A DNA stretch of 64,000 bases. Origin: Chrysomallon squamiferum (Eukaryota; Animalia; Mollusca). Below the pieces are notes generated by a model. The model saw nothing but the letters and a program-made list of their open reading frames with translations. It was not told where the DNA came from and ran no database searches. Numbering within the stretch: the first letter of the stretch is position 1; every line of letters starts with the position of its first letter. Shown here piece by piece: positions 51,246 through 58,603 of this stretch. Both the position numbers and the translations under genes were made by a program. The stretch covers positions 12,648,001 to 12,712,000 of the forward strand of contig CM022665.1 in the NCBI GenBank assembly GCA_012295275.1. Direction: 5' to 3'.

Positions 51246-53185
51246 AATTGTCAATGATTTTATTTTCAGGGAAGAGACAAAATGCCAGCCTATTGGTTAG
51301 GAGCATTCTTCAACCCAAGAGCACTTCTAGCACTTCTAAAGCAGGAGACAATGAGAAACTTCTCAAATGACAGATCATGGACTTTTGAACAATTTGTCTT
51401 TCAAACTGAGGTCACATCCAGGGACAAGGATCACGTAAGTTCAATTTCAGATATTTTTTACAGGCTGAATTTTCTTTATTTTTCTTCTTTTTCCTTTAAA
51501 ATTTGGTCTCACAGGCAGAATAAACTGAAATGTGTTACACACTCAAAACTAAATTAACAAATTAGCTAAAATTTCACTAATTTCACTATTATTTATTTAA
51601 TTTAATGTATTTTATTATTATTATTATTATTAAGTTCTTCCATAGAGCACTAGTTCATTTGGGTGGATTCTTCAATTTTTTGTTAAGCTTTTTGATTGAC
51701 ATTGCTCCTGATCATTGGGTTTGAAACCAATATCTGACAGCCTTCACATTTTTCTTTTGCATTTTCTTCAATCGTTTAATAAATAAAATAAAAATAATTA
51801 AAAAAAAAAAAGCAAAAAATAAAAAGCTTAAAGCAGAACAAAAGTAATAATAAATGAATAAACAGAATTTTAAATAAATCATCAGATAGTTTAACAAATT
51901 TTATAACACATACACAGCCACTTTACTGTATTAAAAGATACACTTTTTGTTCCAGTTACATCATGAGGTATGTAAAATATCCTCCAAGTAAAGAAAAACT
52001 AATTAGTTAGGACAGATAACTCTTTTTTATTAGTCATTATTTGTTTTTAAATACCACTGGATTTTGTCTGAAACAAGTCAAACAAATTTATATCCTTATG
52101 CAAGGAAAGTGGCTTATTTTGTTGTTTTTTAACTCAATGGAACAAAGAATAACTAACTATATGAATAGATTTTTAAAATTATTATTTAGGGTCCCTGATG
52201 TAGTCAGATTTATATACCATATTGTCTTTAGATATTTAGAAAACCTTTAATTTTAACACAGTCTCAGCTGAATATTAAAAACAGTCATATATATAGTACT
52301 ATGATAAAATCACATAGAATTAACAAAACTTATTAATATAAAATTTTAAGAATTTTAATTTATTTTTGCTACTGCTTATTAACATAGAAACACATAATAA
52401 GTATGTTAAATTTAAATTTTCTTGTTTTGTTATGTAAATATAATTACAGCTTTGTAATTTTGTTACAGATATTTTAAAATAATAGTTACTGCAAATGTGT
52501 ATGACCCACAAACTTCAGTCAATAGGATTGGAATTTTGTATTAATTATATAATTTTACATTCTGTTTGAATATACCAATTGGTTATATATTATTTACATG
52601 TTGTCAGAGAATAATGTGAATACACATTGGATTAGTTTCATTTAAAACTATATTGTCTTCAGAAGAAATAAAATAATAATAAAACATCGGGTTGCCAGTA
52701 TGTAAATATTTTTAAAGACAAATTTGAAATAATTGGAGAGTAATTTTTACTTAAAGATTTGTTATTATTATTATTATTTGTTTCTTTATTATTTATTTTA
52801 TTTTATTTTTTATTATTATTTTTTTTAATATAATTTTAATATATTTTTTTTTATTCAGTTGCGAGACCCTCCACAAGAAGGAATATTTGTGTTTGGTATC
52901 TACCTGTGGGGCTGTGCATGGGAAAAGACTACCGGTGAACTATTGGATGCCCCTCCCAAGACCGCCTGTGCCACTCTCCCTGTGGTTCATGTCACCTGCC
53001 ATCCTGTGACAGAGAAACCATCACTGATTGATCCAAACAGAGCAGTGGAGACATTTGCTTGTCCTGTATATCACTCACGAATTGCTCCCCGAGAACCAAT
53101 TTTTGAAATGGATGTTCGAAGAGAAGGGACTCCATCATCAAGATGGGCTCTAAGAGGTCTGTCAGCAACAATAAGACCATATTAA
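4177..53185 (+). CDS. Divergent dynein heavy chain (axonemal-like/orphan class), partial gene: 61 core exons from linker end to stop; 5' part upstream of window
   Basis: Hand-spliced exons join in one frame (9807 nt incl. TAA). Dynein landmarks appear in order: GE-x-V..VEVWL..YPTQ linker end, YGNEFYG, P1 GPYGAGKT, WGCFDE, P2 GPPGSGKT, WVDGIF, ASPATVAR, P3 GPHGSGKT, FIDDVNLP, LWKHE..RDRL, SGEYPHLF, NPP MTBD, WPLICDP, FRLFLHT, WLGAFFNPRALL, terminal WALRGL. Confidence 0.93.
4822..4956 (+). CDS. Dynein exon, linker
   Basis: tag|VTLVDGVEVWLSKLRDSVGKTL...EEFAAK|gtaatt. Confidence 0.9.
5372..5596 (+). CDS. Dynein exon, linker
   Basis: tag|YPTQVCRIGMLFNWTKDCE...LECMLT|gtaagt. Confidence 0.9.
5953..6061 (+). 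CDS. Dynein exon, linker/AAA1 junction
   Basis: cag|QSLFLRDILD...DFEWRRSIRCYYQPV|gttagt. Confidence 0.9.
6472..6668 (+). CDS. Dynein exon, AAA1 Walker A
   Basis: YEYGNEFYG...ERCFLTMSQAL...GPYGAGKTEVVK|gtaaag. Confidence 0.93.
7129..7227 (+). CDS. Dynein exon, AAA1 (GC donor)
   Basis: cag|GLANILG...FQCS...GKIIQGMAM|gcaagt. Confidence 0.85.
7602..7739 (+). CDS. Dynein exon, AAA1 Walker B
   Basis: tag|DGCWGCFDECHNL...FLDGQE|gtgcaa. Confidence 0.92.
8072..8304 (+). CDS. Dynein exon, AAA1 sensor I
   Basis: aag|IPVRKSVGMFMTAN...FRVVTVMKPDF...KDQL|gttagt. Confidence 0.9.
8754..8932 (+). CDS. Dynein exon, AAA1 small subdomain plus insertion
   Basis: cag|PKYFHHHFTISALVGTLKRAAQKRK...SRPAI|gtaaaa. 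Confidence 0.88.
10083..10133 (+). CDS. Candidate 51-nt cassette exon (ERRFSFLHPDCKHKKRK)
   Basis: Long pyrimidine tract, atag|AAAGACG...CGCAAAG|gtaact; phase 1-1 within a phase-1 intron; no stop. Confidence 0.65.
11882..12009 (+). CDS. Dynein exon, AAA1 small subdomain
   Basis: cag|GHSKMSAQ...EHALVAQAVEEIIGPRLTAS|gtaagt. Confidence 0.9.
12441..12645 (+). CDS. Dynein exon, AAA1-AAA2
   Basis: cag|SMGMLKAILKDCFSG...KCLQLHSLYQAYH|gtaata. Confidence 0.9.
13114..13373 (+). CDS. Dynein exon, AAA2 Walker A
   Basis: GIIVAGPPGSGKT...INP...LMFG...DWVDGIF|gtatat. Confidence 0.93.
13996..14034. repeat. (TG)n microsatellite
   Basis: Direct reading. Confidence 0.9.
14066..14152 (+). CDS. Dynein exon, AAA2 Walker B
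   Basis: cag|NISVTWLCLDGPLNAGWADNFNSILSGDK|gtgagt. Confidence 0.92.
14575..14682 (+). CDS. Dynein exon, AAA2 Arg finger
   Basis: tag|TLHLKNGDKL...LLFETDSLISASPATVARS|gtaagt. Confidence 0.93.
14937..15023 (+). CDS. Dynein exon, AAA2
   Basis: aag|GILYLDQDVVGWKPIAKAWLENRTQQEVH|gtaagt. Confidence 0.9.
16216..16355 (+). repeat. 65-bp direct duplication (period 75)
   Basis: 16216-16280 vs 16291-16355, one mismatch. Confidence 0.9.
16418..16423 (+). CDS. Candidate 6-nt microexon (DQ)
   Basis: tttaacttttag|GATCAG|gtgagt in a phase-0 3-kb intron. Confidence 0.5.
18033..18097 (+). CDS. Dynein exon, AAA2 small subdomain
   Basis: cag|VLQRSFQKILDPISQFVLRET|gtgagt. Confidence 0.88.
18767..18970 (+). 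CDS. Dynein exon, AAA2 small subdomain
   Basis: PKLSLCEVGM...FLFCLIWTFGGLLDNSDRKAFSDLLK|gtatgt. Confidence 0.92.
19419..19499 (+). CDS. Dynein exon
   Basis: aag|LPDDDRDICVFDYYVDESGEWDPWHS|gtaagt. Confidence 0.9.
19926..20006. mobile_element. 81-bp mariner-derived MITE (MADE1-like architecture)
   Basis: 30-bp TIRs TTGGGTTGGCAACTAAGTTCCCGCCATTTT (28/30 match), 21-bp AT spacer, TA on the right flank and TG on the left. Confidence 0.7.
20160..20229 (+). CDS. Dynein exon
   Basis: cag|VPETLVSDKQDMLGEVFIDTMDT|gtaagt. Confidence 0.9.
20560..20674 (+). CDS. Dynein exon, AAA3 Walker A
   Basis: cag|IRTRILME...VLLVGPHGSGKTSLI|gtttgc. Confidence 0.93.
20951..21049 (+). CDS. Dynein exon, AAA3
   Basis: cag|AQLSVCKRLVFSGASTAKQLQQFIESNIYHRQ|gtaaaa. 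Confidence 0.9.
21021..21290 (+). repeat. About 4 x 70-bp tandem duplication of exon end plus donor
   Basis: Units start at 21021, 21091, 21161 and 21231. Confidence 0.9.
21441..21541 (+). CDS. Dynein exon, AAA3 Walker B
   Basis: tag|FVYGAKENKKLKVFIDDVNLPKPDVYGVQTSNE|gtaaaa. Confidence 0.93.
21921..22070 (+). CDS. Dynein exon, AAA3
   Basis: tag|LLRQLLD...ISERLL|gtcagt. Confidence 0.92.
22442..22516 (+). CDS. Dynein exon, AAA3
   Basis: tag|RHFAVFYLCAPQDDCLKNIVHGILE|gtaagc. Confidence 0.9.
22615..22710. repeat. (ATT)n-(GTT)n microsatellite
   Basis: Direct reading; similar (ATT)n tracts near 22100-22190, 27210-27285 and 34110-34195. Confidence 0.9.
23119..23289 (+). CDS. Dynein exon, AAA3 small subdomain
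   Basis: tag|ANMTDQD...LRPTPMPGRYHYLFTLKDLSKCFQ|gtttga. Confidence 0.9.
23637..23795 (+). CDS. Dynein exon, AAA3 small subdomain
   Basis: tag|CLKRLP...LWKHEMVRILRDRL...WFDDLL|gtgaga. Confidence 0.92.
24283..24390 (+). CDS. Dynein exon
   Basis: cag|LWPKYEGPLNEHFVTFP...KQVK|gtaaga. Confidence 0.85.
24720..24970. repeat. Degenerate (TTCTR)n pentanucleotide repeat
   Basis: ttctg/ttcta units. Confidence 0.8.
25035..25201 (+). CDS. Dynein exon, AAA4 start
   Basis: cag|VVLQPIEK...LTRYNEE...ISHVVRMHRII|gttagt. Confidence 0.9.
25657..25843 (+). CDS. Dynein exon, AAA4 degenerate P-loop
   Basis: tag|GNLLLIGAVGSHLETLCRLA...ITLMFT|gtaagt. Confidence 0.9.
26392..26499 (+). CDS. Dynein exon, AAA4
   Basis: cag|ARHLVDAVYLDAINSLLVSGEYPHLFSNDEMDGLLQ|gtaaaa. 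Confidence 0.92.
26875..27014 (+). CDS. Dynein exon, AAA4
   Basis: cag|ALHPAMK...FVARVKSNLHILICLPP|gtgagt. Confidence 0.9.
27306..27434 (+). CDS. Dynein exon, AAA4
   Basis: aag|QYPGLLSGCQINWMCDWPQESLLGEATYF|gtaaat. Confidence 0.9.
27659..27862 (+). CDS. Dynein exon, AAA4 small subdomain plus insertion
   Basis: cag|ENVTSCLANIHSFV...SILQERI|gtatgt. Confidence 0.87.
28822..28848 (+). CDS. Candidate 27-nt microexon (SSAARYRDA)
   Basis: tattcttctag|TTCTGCAGCCAGATACAGGGATGCAAG|gttatt; phase 2-2 in a phase-2 intron. Confidence 0.45.
29914..30054 (+). CDS. Dynein exon, AAA4 end / stalk CC1 start
   Basis: tag|LNHRDP...IYVGPTTYKRFMDCFHFLYNKK|gtgagt. Confidence 0.9.
30593..30843 (+). CDS. Dynein exon, stalk CC1
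   Basis: cag|KVIATLDQTRIDARAMKKAI...EEEGDELLKE|gtatgt. Confidence 0.9.
31108..31253 (+). CDS. Dynein exon, stalk CC1
   Basis: cag|EYDDYDVEFDKMRE...LEHGRQQ|gttagt. Confidence 0.88.
31939..32167 (+). CDS. Dynein exon, MTBD H1-H2 plus insertion
   Basis: cag|VIHWKSKVDRQCIERLKAFSNPPQLVGQVMEMVMTLIGK...VVKK|gtaagt. Confidence 0.9.
32539..32679 (+). CDS. Dynein exon, MTBD H3-H4
   Basis: tag|KNKEQ...TQWKQMQLTMSDSAKFVDMLHNV...LPEDVLT|gtttgc. Confidence 0.9.
33225..33305 (+). CDS. Dynein exon, MTBD insertion
   Basis: tag|VESYLCVGKDGQLGVTGEGSLLDNAA|gtttgt. Confidence 0.82.
33772..34004 (+). CDS. Dynein exon, MTBD H5-H6 / CC2
   Basis: cag|KSWSAV...AAKFSSEDCALLVQYTIAIVEY...GPLKAAMERL|gtattg. Confidence 0.9.
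35047..35064 (+). CDS. Candidate 18-nt microexon (ALLRAQ) in CC2
   Basis: tttcttacttag|GCGTTACTAAGAGCACAG|gtaaca; phase 0. Confidence 0.55.
35571..35890. repeat. Foldback/inverted repeat element
   Basis: 57-bp arms 35571-35627 and 35834-35890 (56/57); inner 19-bp arms 35663-35681 and 35809-35827 (18/19); (TA)n inside. Confidence 0.8.
37829..37852 (+). CDS. Candidate 24-nt microexon (RRQQQLKK) in CC2
   Basis: tttaatgctatcag|AGAAGGCAACAACAACTTAAAAAG|gtgtgt; phase 0. Confidence 0.45.
38583..38776 (+). CDS. Dynein exon, stalk CC2
   Basis: tag|PEEEHRELSPEPEDDL...LQQQFDQAVVEKHSLE...RLKAATEIIE|gttggt. Confidence 0.9.
39651..39888 (+). CDS. Dynein exon, CC2 end / AAA5
   Basis: cag|MKTQERGW...NCIVASAFLVYCA...FLSSP|gtaaga. 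Confidence 0.92.
40565..40750 (+). CDS. Dynein exon, AAA5
   Basis: cag|LDVMR...NLPTTQLMLENA...WPLICDPTSRVLDWLR|gtgagc. Confidence 0.93.
41241..41396 (+). CDS. Dynein exon, AAA5
   Basis: tag|EMRSQLENCLADGTALLVTDC...HFKVI|gtaagt (alternative in-frame donor 6 nt upstream). Confidence 0.88.
41358..41730 (+). repeat. About 4 x 100-105-bp tandem duplication of exon end plus donor
   Basis: Recurrent ttcattggtggcaagtctcatttcaaagtaat...gtaagtatca motif. Confidence 0.85.
42078..42287 (+). CDS. Dynein exon, AAA5
   Basis: cag|VEDHDVECDPNFRLFLHT...MEEELL...LENER|gtgagt. Confidence 0.93.
42407..42552 (+). CDS. Dynein exon, buttress/strut
   Basis: cag|EKLENMELLHHLDHQMRNQLS...LMND|gtaaat. Confidence 0.9.
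42899..43084 (+). CDS. Dynein exon, AAA5 small subdomain
   Basis: cag|...ARETYRSIARRAAVCF...LNPVYQNSFKQF|gtaatg. Confidence 0.92.
43687..43798 (+). CDS. Dynein exon
   Basis: tag|SAVKAVIEKLTYSAYTSIARSVLERDRLIYALLLSIE|gtgagt. Confidence 0.92.
44084..44493 (+). CDS. Dynein exon, AAA5 extension
   Basis: tag|VEESLG...PFDWMTDDQF...LQRLCVIRAVRSDRI...FVSQVLGK|gtaagt. Confidence 0.93.
44852..45074 (+). CDS. Dynein exon, AAA6
   Basis: aag|YIGDMSVDL...SSPTVPIILMFS...GMAE|gtattg. Confidence 0.9.
45729..45938 (+). CDS. Dynein exon, AAA6
   Basis: cag|GSWIMLHNA...PQFRLWLS...FPFRLLQNS...SPK|gtgagg. Confidence 0.93.
46186..46383 (+). CDS. Dynein exon, AAA6 lid
   Basis: cag|IMKDSLVRSF...LCYLHAAICLRARFGQGGWN|gtatgt. 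Confidence 0.93.
46939..47055 (+). CDS. Dynein exon, AAA6 lid
   Basis: cag|ECIDY...ISWTGIRYIVSE|gtgagt. Confidence 0.9.
47679..47790 (+). CDS. Dynein exon, AAA6 lid
   Basis: cag|LIYGRYVTDTHDQQSLSAMVDYWV|gtgagt. Confidence 0.92.
48028..48158 (+). CDS. Dynein exon
   Basis: cag|KYRPP...LENL...DTPEGCHLHPSVE|gtaagg. Confidence 0.9.
48544..48661 (+). CDS. Dynein exon, C-terminal domain
   Basis: tag|TILGDDQYVFTRLNKIFDVMP...PSPFI|gtcagt. Confidence 0.87.
49243..49406 (+). CDS. Dynein exon, C-terminal domain
   Basis: cag|PALAGV...ELWEICHSMLNKVPKAYNK|gtcagt. Confidence 0.87.
49878..49994 (+). CDS. Dynein exon, C-terminal domain
   Basis: tag|DYITDRV...FNNFIMRELETMYKLVTEIKTTLQ|gtaaaa. Confidence 0.9.
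50474..50683 (+). CDS. Dynein exon, C-terminal domain
   Basis: cag|AIRVA...LYHLRIPQAW...LGQWLTELHNRCHHF|gtaatt. Confidence 0.92.
51270..51434 (+). CDS. Dynein exon, C-terminal domain
   Basis: cag|GRDKMPAYWLGAFFNPRALLALLKQETMR|gtaagt. Confidence 0.93.
52859..53185 (+). CDS. Dynein last coding exon
   Basis: cag|LRDPPQEGIFVFGIYLWGCAWE...CPVY...WALRGLSATIRPY*. Confidence 0.94.
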   Translation: MRDPPQEGIFVFGIYLWGCAWEKTTGELLDAPPKTACATLPVVHVTCHPVTEKPSLIDPNRAVETFACPVYHSRIAPREPIFEMDVRREGTPSSRWALRGLSATIRPY

Positions 53186-53330
53186 TCTGTTGTTTTCACT
53201 GCTGTTGACAAAAAACTGTTAAAATAGTTAATATCTTAAACTTATGTAAATTAATAATTACTGTGAACAGTTTTACTAGTTTAATTTTTAATATTCGGTT
53301 TGGACTGGCTGTCTGCAAAATCAAGTATGA

Positions 53331-53462
53331 GACTGTCAATATTTAAATGATAAAAACAAAACCCTATTAAGGATCAAACTGTTAATATTTAAATTATAAA
53401 AACATAACCTTAATAAGGTTCAGACTTACTATTTAAATAATAAAAACAAAATCTTAATAAGT
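53331..53462 (+). repeat. 3 x 46-bp degenerate minisatellite in dynein 3' UTR
   Basis: Units at 53331, 53377 and 53423. Confidence 0.75.
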
Positions 53463-54719
53463 TTGCTAATCTTTTTGTAAGCTCTCATAAATACATGGGG
53501 TAAATAAGAAACAAAAAATATTATGTTTGTGTGATATATTTAAAAAAAAGACTTGTGATATTATGAAAGTATTATATAAATTATTAGTTTCAGAGTGTGT
53601 GTTCTTTTTCTATGTTCTAACAGCTTATTTAACCAAAGTTTTGATGTATAATAATTGTTTTTATGTTCTTTTGCAATGAACAAATGAAATGTTAGCTATC
53701 AGAGGTCTTTGTCTTAAATTTTGTTTTATTAAATTAGGCAGAACCTTTTAATATAACTGACAATGCCATTTATAAAATTTTGTTTGAAGAAATGTTACTA
53801 TTAAAACAGTTCTCTTGTGTCTTTATACCAATAATATTTTGTTTGTTGACATAATGTTTTTCATTAAACTTAGCAAAACGTTCATGCTACTTAATGAAAT
53901 TATTTATGTAATTAATGTTTTTTATGTTAACATTGTGATGAATTTTAAATCCATTTTTGGATTTTTAATATTTTTTTCAAACATTAGTATTCTGTTACTA
54001 CTATTTTTGGTCAATTATTTTACATTTAGCAAGTTCATTTATCTGTGATATTTTACAGAATATTCCATCCACAAATTCAGTGCATTAAACATTGTGATAA
54101 TAATAACAACTAAACCAAAATAATATTACAGCAAAGTGACAGCAGAAATTATTTTTGTTTTTGTTTTCATTTTTCTTTTTTGTCAAAATCCACAATAATG
54201 AACCAAACTTTACTTTTCATATGCTTCCAAATCATTCTATTAATGTTATTTATATTTTATTCTTTAATATTTTGTAATAAGTATTTTATTCTGCTTGCCA
54301 AAATTCTTATTAGAAAAGCTGTTTTAAGCTTTTTCTGTTCCTGATAGCTGATTTTATTGTGAACCCCTGCAATCGTCTGTACATTCAGCAATATTCATAG
54401 TTTTAATTCTCAACATTTTGCCATGATCATTTTTATGATTGCAGGGGTTGCAATATATTTCCTAATATATCAGCATTTATTGATAGGCAGTGCTGCAGAT
54501 AAACAAACAAACTTTTTTGGCCTTATCTATCAATGTTTATAGATATTTTTACATATTATTTATTTTGCTGCTGGGAAATAATTTTTTTCATGTCCAAAAA
54601 TTTACAATTCTATTTGAAAATTGTTTATAATTTGTTAATTATATTTATAATGATGTGTCTATGCCACATGTTCATGTTTTTTCTTTCTTACTTTTACTGA
54701 CATTTTGATTGTGTATTGA

Positions 54720-54725
54720 AATAAA
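54720..54725 (+). promoter_or_regulatory. Possible poly(A) signal of the dynein gene
   Basis: AATAAA followed about 15 nt later by a GT/T-rich tract; AATAAA is common in this AT-rich DNA. Confidence 0.3.
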
Positions 54726-57700
54726 ATTATAAAGACTAAATGTTTGTTGTCATTTTTGTTATTTTTATATCTTTTTTTGTTTCTGATCAGTATATGATCC
54801 ATTAATAAACGTAATGTAAAATTTAATACCTCAGTGCATCAAATTCATTTTCAACCATCAGATATAAAACAAATATCACTATAAATAAATATAAATATAA
54901 GGATACACTTCTTTTTTCATTATGCACAGACCTTTTTTTTTAGACAGCAAAAACCACTTATAACCAGCTGTGAGTTTATTTTTTATTATTAATAGTTTAA
55001 ATGTCTTGGTGTGCATGAGATGTGAACTTTAGAAATATTTTCAAATGTACAAACTGGTTATACTTGTTTTTATGTTCTTTTAGAATGAAAATAAGGTGAA
55101 AAAAATAAAAACTTTTCATTTAACCTAAAGCATTATAATAATATTAAAAACAATTTTTTTTGATATTTCATAATTTTTATTATTTACAAAATACTATACA
55201 CAGTATATATTAGATAGATTAGTATTCATTATATTATTAAGTTAGATTCAATAAAATAAGTTATTTACAAAGATATTATACATTAAGTTTTACATTTTGG
55301 CCGAACAGTCACTAATAGTAATATATTATTTTGTGAAAATACAGACAACAAAAAATAAACTAAAAAAGTACAAAGAACAATGAACACATCCCCATTAATT
55401 AATAAATGAAATCTTTGACAAATAAATTTAAAACTAATACATGAATTACAAGATTTGACAATACATAAACTATTTTTTATTTGATAAATAATGGGTTAAT
55501 ATAAAACCTGTTCTTGATTAAGATATCACAAAAATGAATGGAATGCAAGAAAATGGATTTCTTTTTAAGAGTTTGAATGATGCATTTTCAGTTTTGTTAA
55601 TTGTTAAGATGATCATAGTTATTTAGGAATTTAGGTAATTTTAAAAATCCTATGTGCAAGCTACCTTATTTGATAATTATATTCACAACCTTTATTTCTT
55701 TAAGGGGAGAAAAAAAAAAAAAATTAAATTAAAAATTAAAATTACTAATACCTTCAGTTTGGTGTCTATTTTATATTTACCAGTGTATGTCCAAATATTA
55801 CATATGATGAACACTACAGATTTTAATACCTCAACCAAAAAAATAAATAAATCTGTAAAATTGAAATTAATGGGAAAAAACAACAACCTGCCAATCTGAT
55901 CCACAATACACAGGGGTAAAATTAACAAAATATATAATCAGAATATATTCATCATCTGTATATTACATTTAAATAAAATAAAAAAAAAAAAAAAAAAAAA
56001 AAAAAGTTTTTACAGCCAATGCTAATTAATATTAAACAACTGAAAACAGTCTTCCAGTTTACATGGATATATACACTACATGCATGGCCTTTACAGAAAA
56101 AAGGAGGATACCATCTCTATGTTGAATGGTCTTTTAAAAAAAAAAAAAAACACTCAGTTAATCCTTGACAGTTTAGCCACTGTCATGGCTAAATTGCTAA
56201 AATTAAACTAATATGTGATCCATCATGTCGAACCAGGTTTAAAATCACGTTTTGGAGTTGAGAATATTACCTCATTCATCCCAGAGATATGTCCAGACAA
56301 ACTGGAGAGTTTCTTGCATCCAGCAAATAACAAGTGTTCATAAAAGTGTTGTAAATCATCTTAGGATTACTATCTAGCAACTTCATCACTGGATCAAGAG
56401 GTAATGTATATACAAACCCATATTTTACCTAGGTATCAAAATCAAAGTTTTTCTGTCACTCTATTAAATATGTATTAAATATATGGCTAAAGACAAATTC
56501 TTGGTGGCATGAGTTAAGACCTGATTTGATGTGATGGGTCACATGTACTAATGAACACACTAGTACTAGTGATTGTGGTAGTTGTGTATGTGTCATCAAC
56601 ACTTGTATACTTAGTTTTGTATCTTACAAATGGATACAAATGATGTGTTAATGCAGCATACAGTGTATCAGGGCATGTACGTTCCCAAAGATAACAGTTG
56701 TTAGACCATAACAAAACATACTGACAGCCAAAAGTGTCATTTCCTTGCCACTGCACTGTTATTATTTTGTTTACTACCAATGCAGTGCCTGCACACATGT
56801 ATTTGACGCCTAAATTTGAGACCAACAACAGATCTGAATAAATATTTTCTAAATGTTAGTGTTATAATATTAATCCTATTCTGATTACATTAATTCCCTG
56901 CTTAAATCTGAGTTTTTCTGACATAGATAAAAATAAATAGTTGGTATTTTTTCATGTTTGCTGTACTCAAACGGCTGACTTGCCACATATACAATAAAAT
57001 AAAATTTAAATATACATTCATTTTTATTACAGTAAAAATACACTGATCTTTATCTTCAAATTGTGAATAATTTCAAGTAGGATTATGCCTGGGTGGATTT
57101 AATTTAGGTTTTATGTCATAAATAATTAATTGTTATGTAATGTGAAAAGTAAAAGTAGTTTATTGACATCACTGTTTTTGTAAAACCTACTATTTAAGTT
57201 TTTATTTACACATTTATATTGAATTAAAAATAATTAAAATTAAAAAATAATAAAATATCTCAGAATAACTAAAATCAGACATGATTTATTCTATCAAACA
57301 TAACTAACTAACTAACTAAATAAATAAATAATAAATAATTTATCAGTACTCTTAGCAACAAATATAAAGAGGATTAAATCATTCTTTTACTAAATAGTAA
57401 CAATATTAAATAATATATAATTTCAAAAAGTCTGTATATCAACAGTGAAAATAAATCATGATTGAAATATCAAGATGATATTAATGCTTGATAGTTTTAA
57501 ATCTTTTTTATTCCGTTTTCAGATTAATATATTAATTAGTAGATTTGATTGAAATAATTAAAATTTCAAGATCTAACAGTCATAGTGAAATGGCTGTTTT
57601 AAAATTATTTTTTGTTATGATTATTTTAACAAGATTGTCAGATGTTTTAAATAAATATGCATATATATATATATATTGAATAAAGACAATAAAACAACAG

Positions 57701-58569
57701 AAAATCAACAAAACAACAACAAAATAATTATTAAATACTGAAAGAAAGATTATCAAAACAAAATGAATTTATGACACTGTATACAGTTTAGAAAAAAATA
57801 ATAAAAAAATGAAAATGATAATATATTATGCATAGAGATAGAGATTTTTTTTTTTTTTTAGTAATATGAGTGTCATTCTTGACAAGCTCAAGTTTTCACA
57901 GTAAATTTGCTGAATGAGATTTAAGAAACAAACAAAATAAATAAATAAATATTTATAAAAACAGTTAAAATAATAATTAAGTTTTTTAATACAAAGCCTA
58001 AATACATGTAACTTTCAGTTATGTGACTTCTTTTTTTGTCTTATAAAACCTGTTTACTGCAATATATATACGACGATTAAAATACAATTTGACAGAAAAA
58101 AAAAAAAAAAAAAAAAAAAATATATATATATAATAATATTAATAATAATGAAATAAATAAAAATTATGAATATTCTTTATTCTGCCTCTATTCCAAATTT
58201 AGTTTATTTTTCAAAACTTGTGATCAATATGATGACATCTTTATATATCTTGTAATTTAATTTTACCTTTTCGGTGGGTTTCAAGATAATGGAGGCCCAG
58301 CAGAAGTTACAATTAAATATTATGAGTATGGTTTCAGAGTTTTATCATTATGAAAATTAGGTGATTTTTGTATTCAAAATTTGAACAAAAACAATAAAAT
58401 TGGAATAAAAATAAAATACTAAAAGAAAAAACTTTTATTAAAAGATTTGCAAAATATGATAAATGTCTTCATGTGTATATGTGTCTGTAATTCAAAGAAT
58501 AAAATTAAATTAAAATAACAATTAGGATTTCTTGTTCTTCAGAGATTTATACACCAATATAAATGATGG

Positions 58570-58603
<34 letters not shown>

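Noticed and set aside
5368-53180. Minus-strand ORFs overlapping dynein exons (5368, 12986, 18737, 31913, 38579, 39603, 52992)
   Set aside because: These are antisense shadows of real coding exons.
4177-53185. Pseudogene interpretation, or assignment to a named DNAH/DNHD1 gene
   Set aside because: No frameshift or stop across 61 exons; the sequence is too divergent to assign orthology without a phylogeny.
56514-56828. 104-aa minus-strand ORF in the intergenic/UTR region
   Set aside because: No recognisable domain or splice context; most likely TMEM181 3' UTR.
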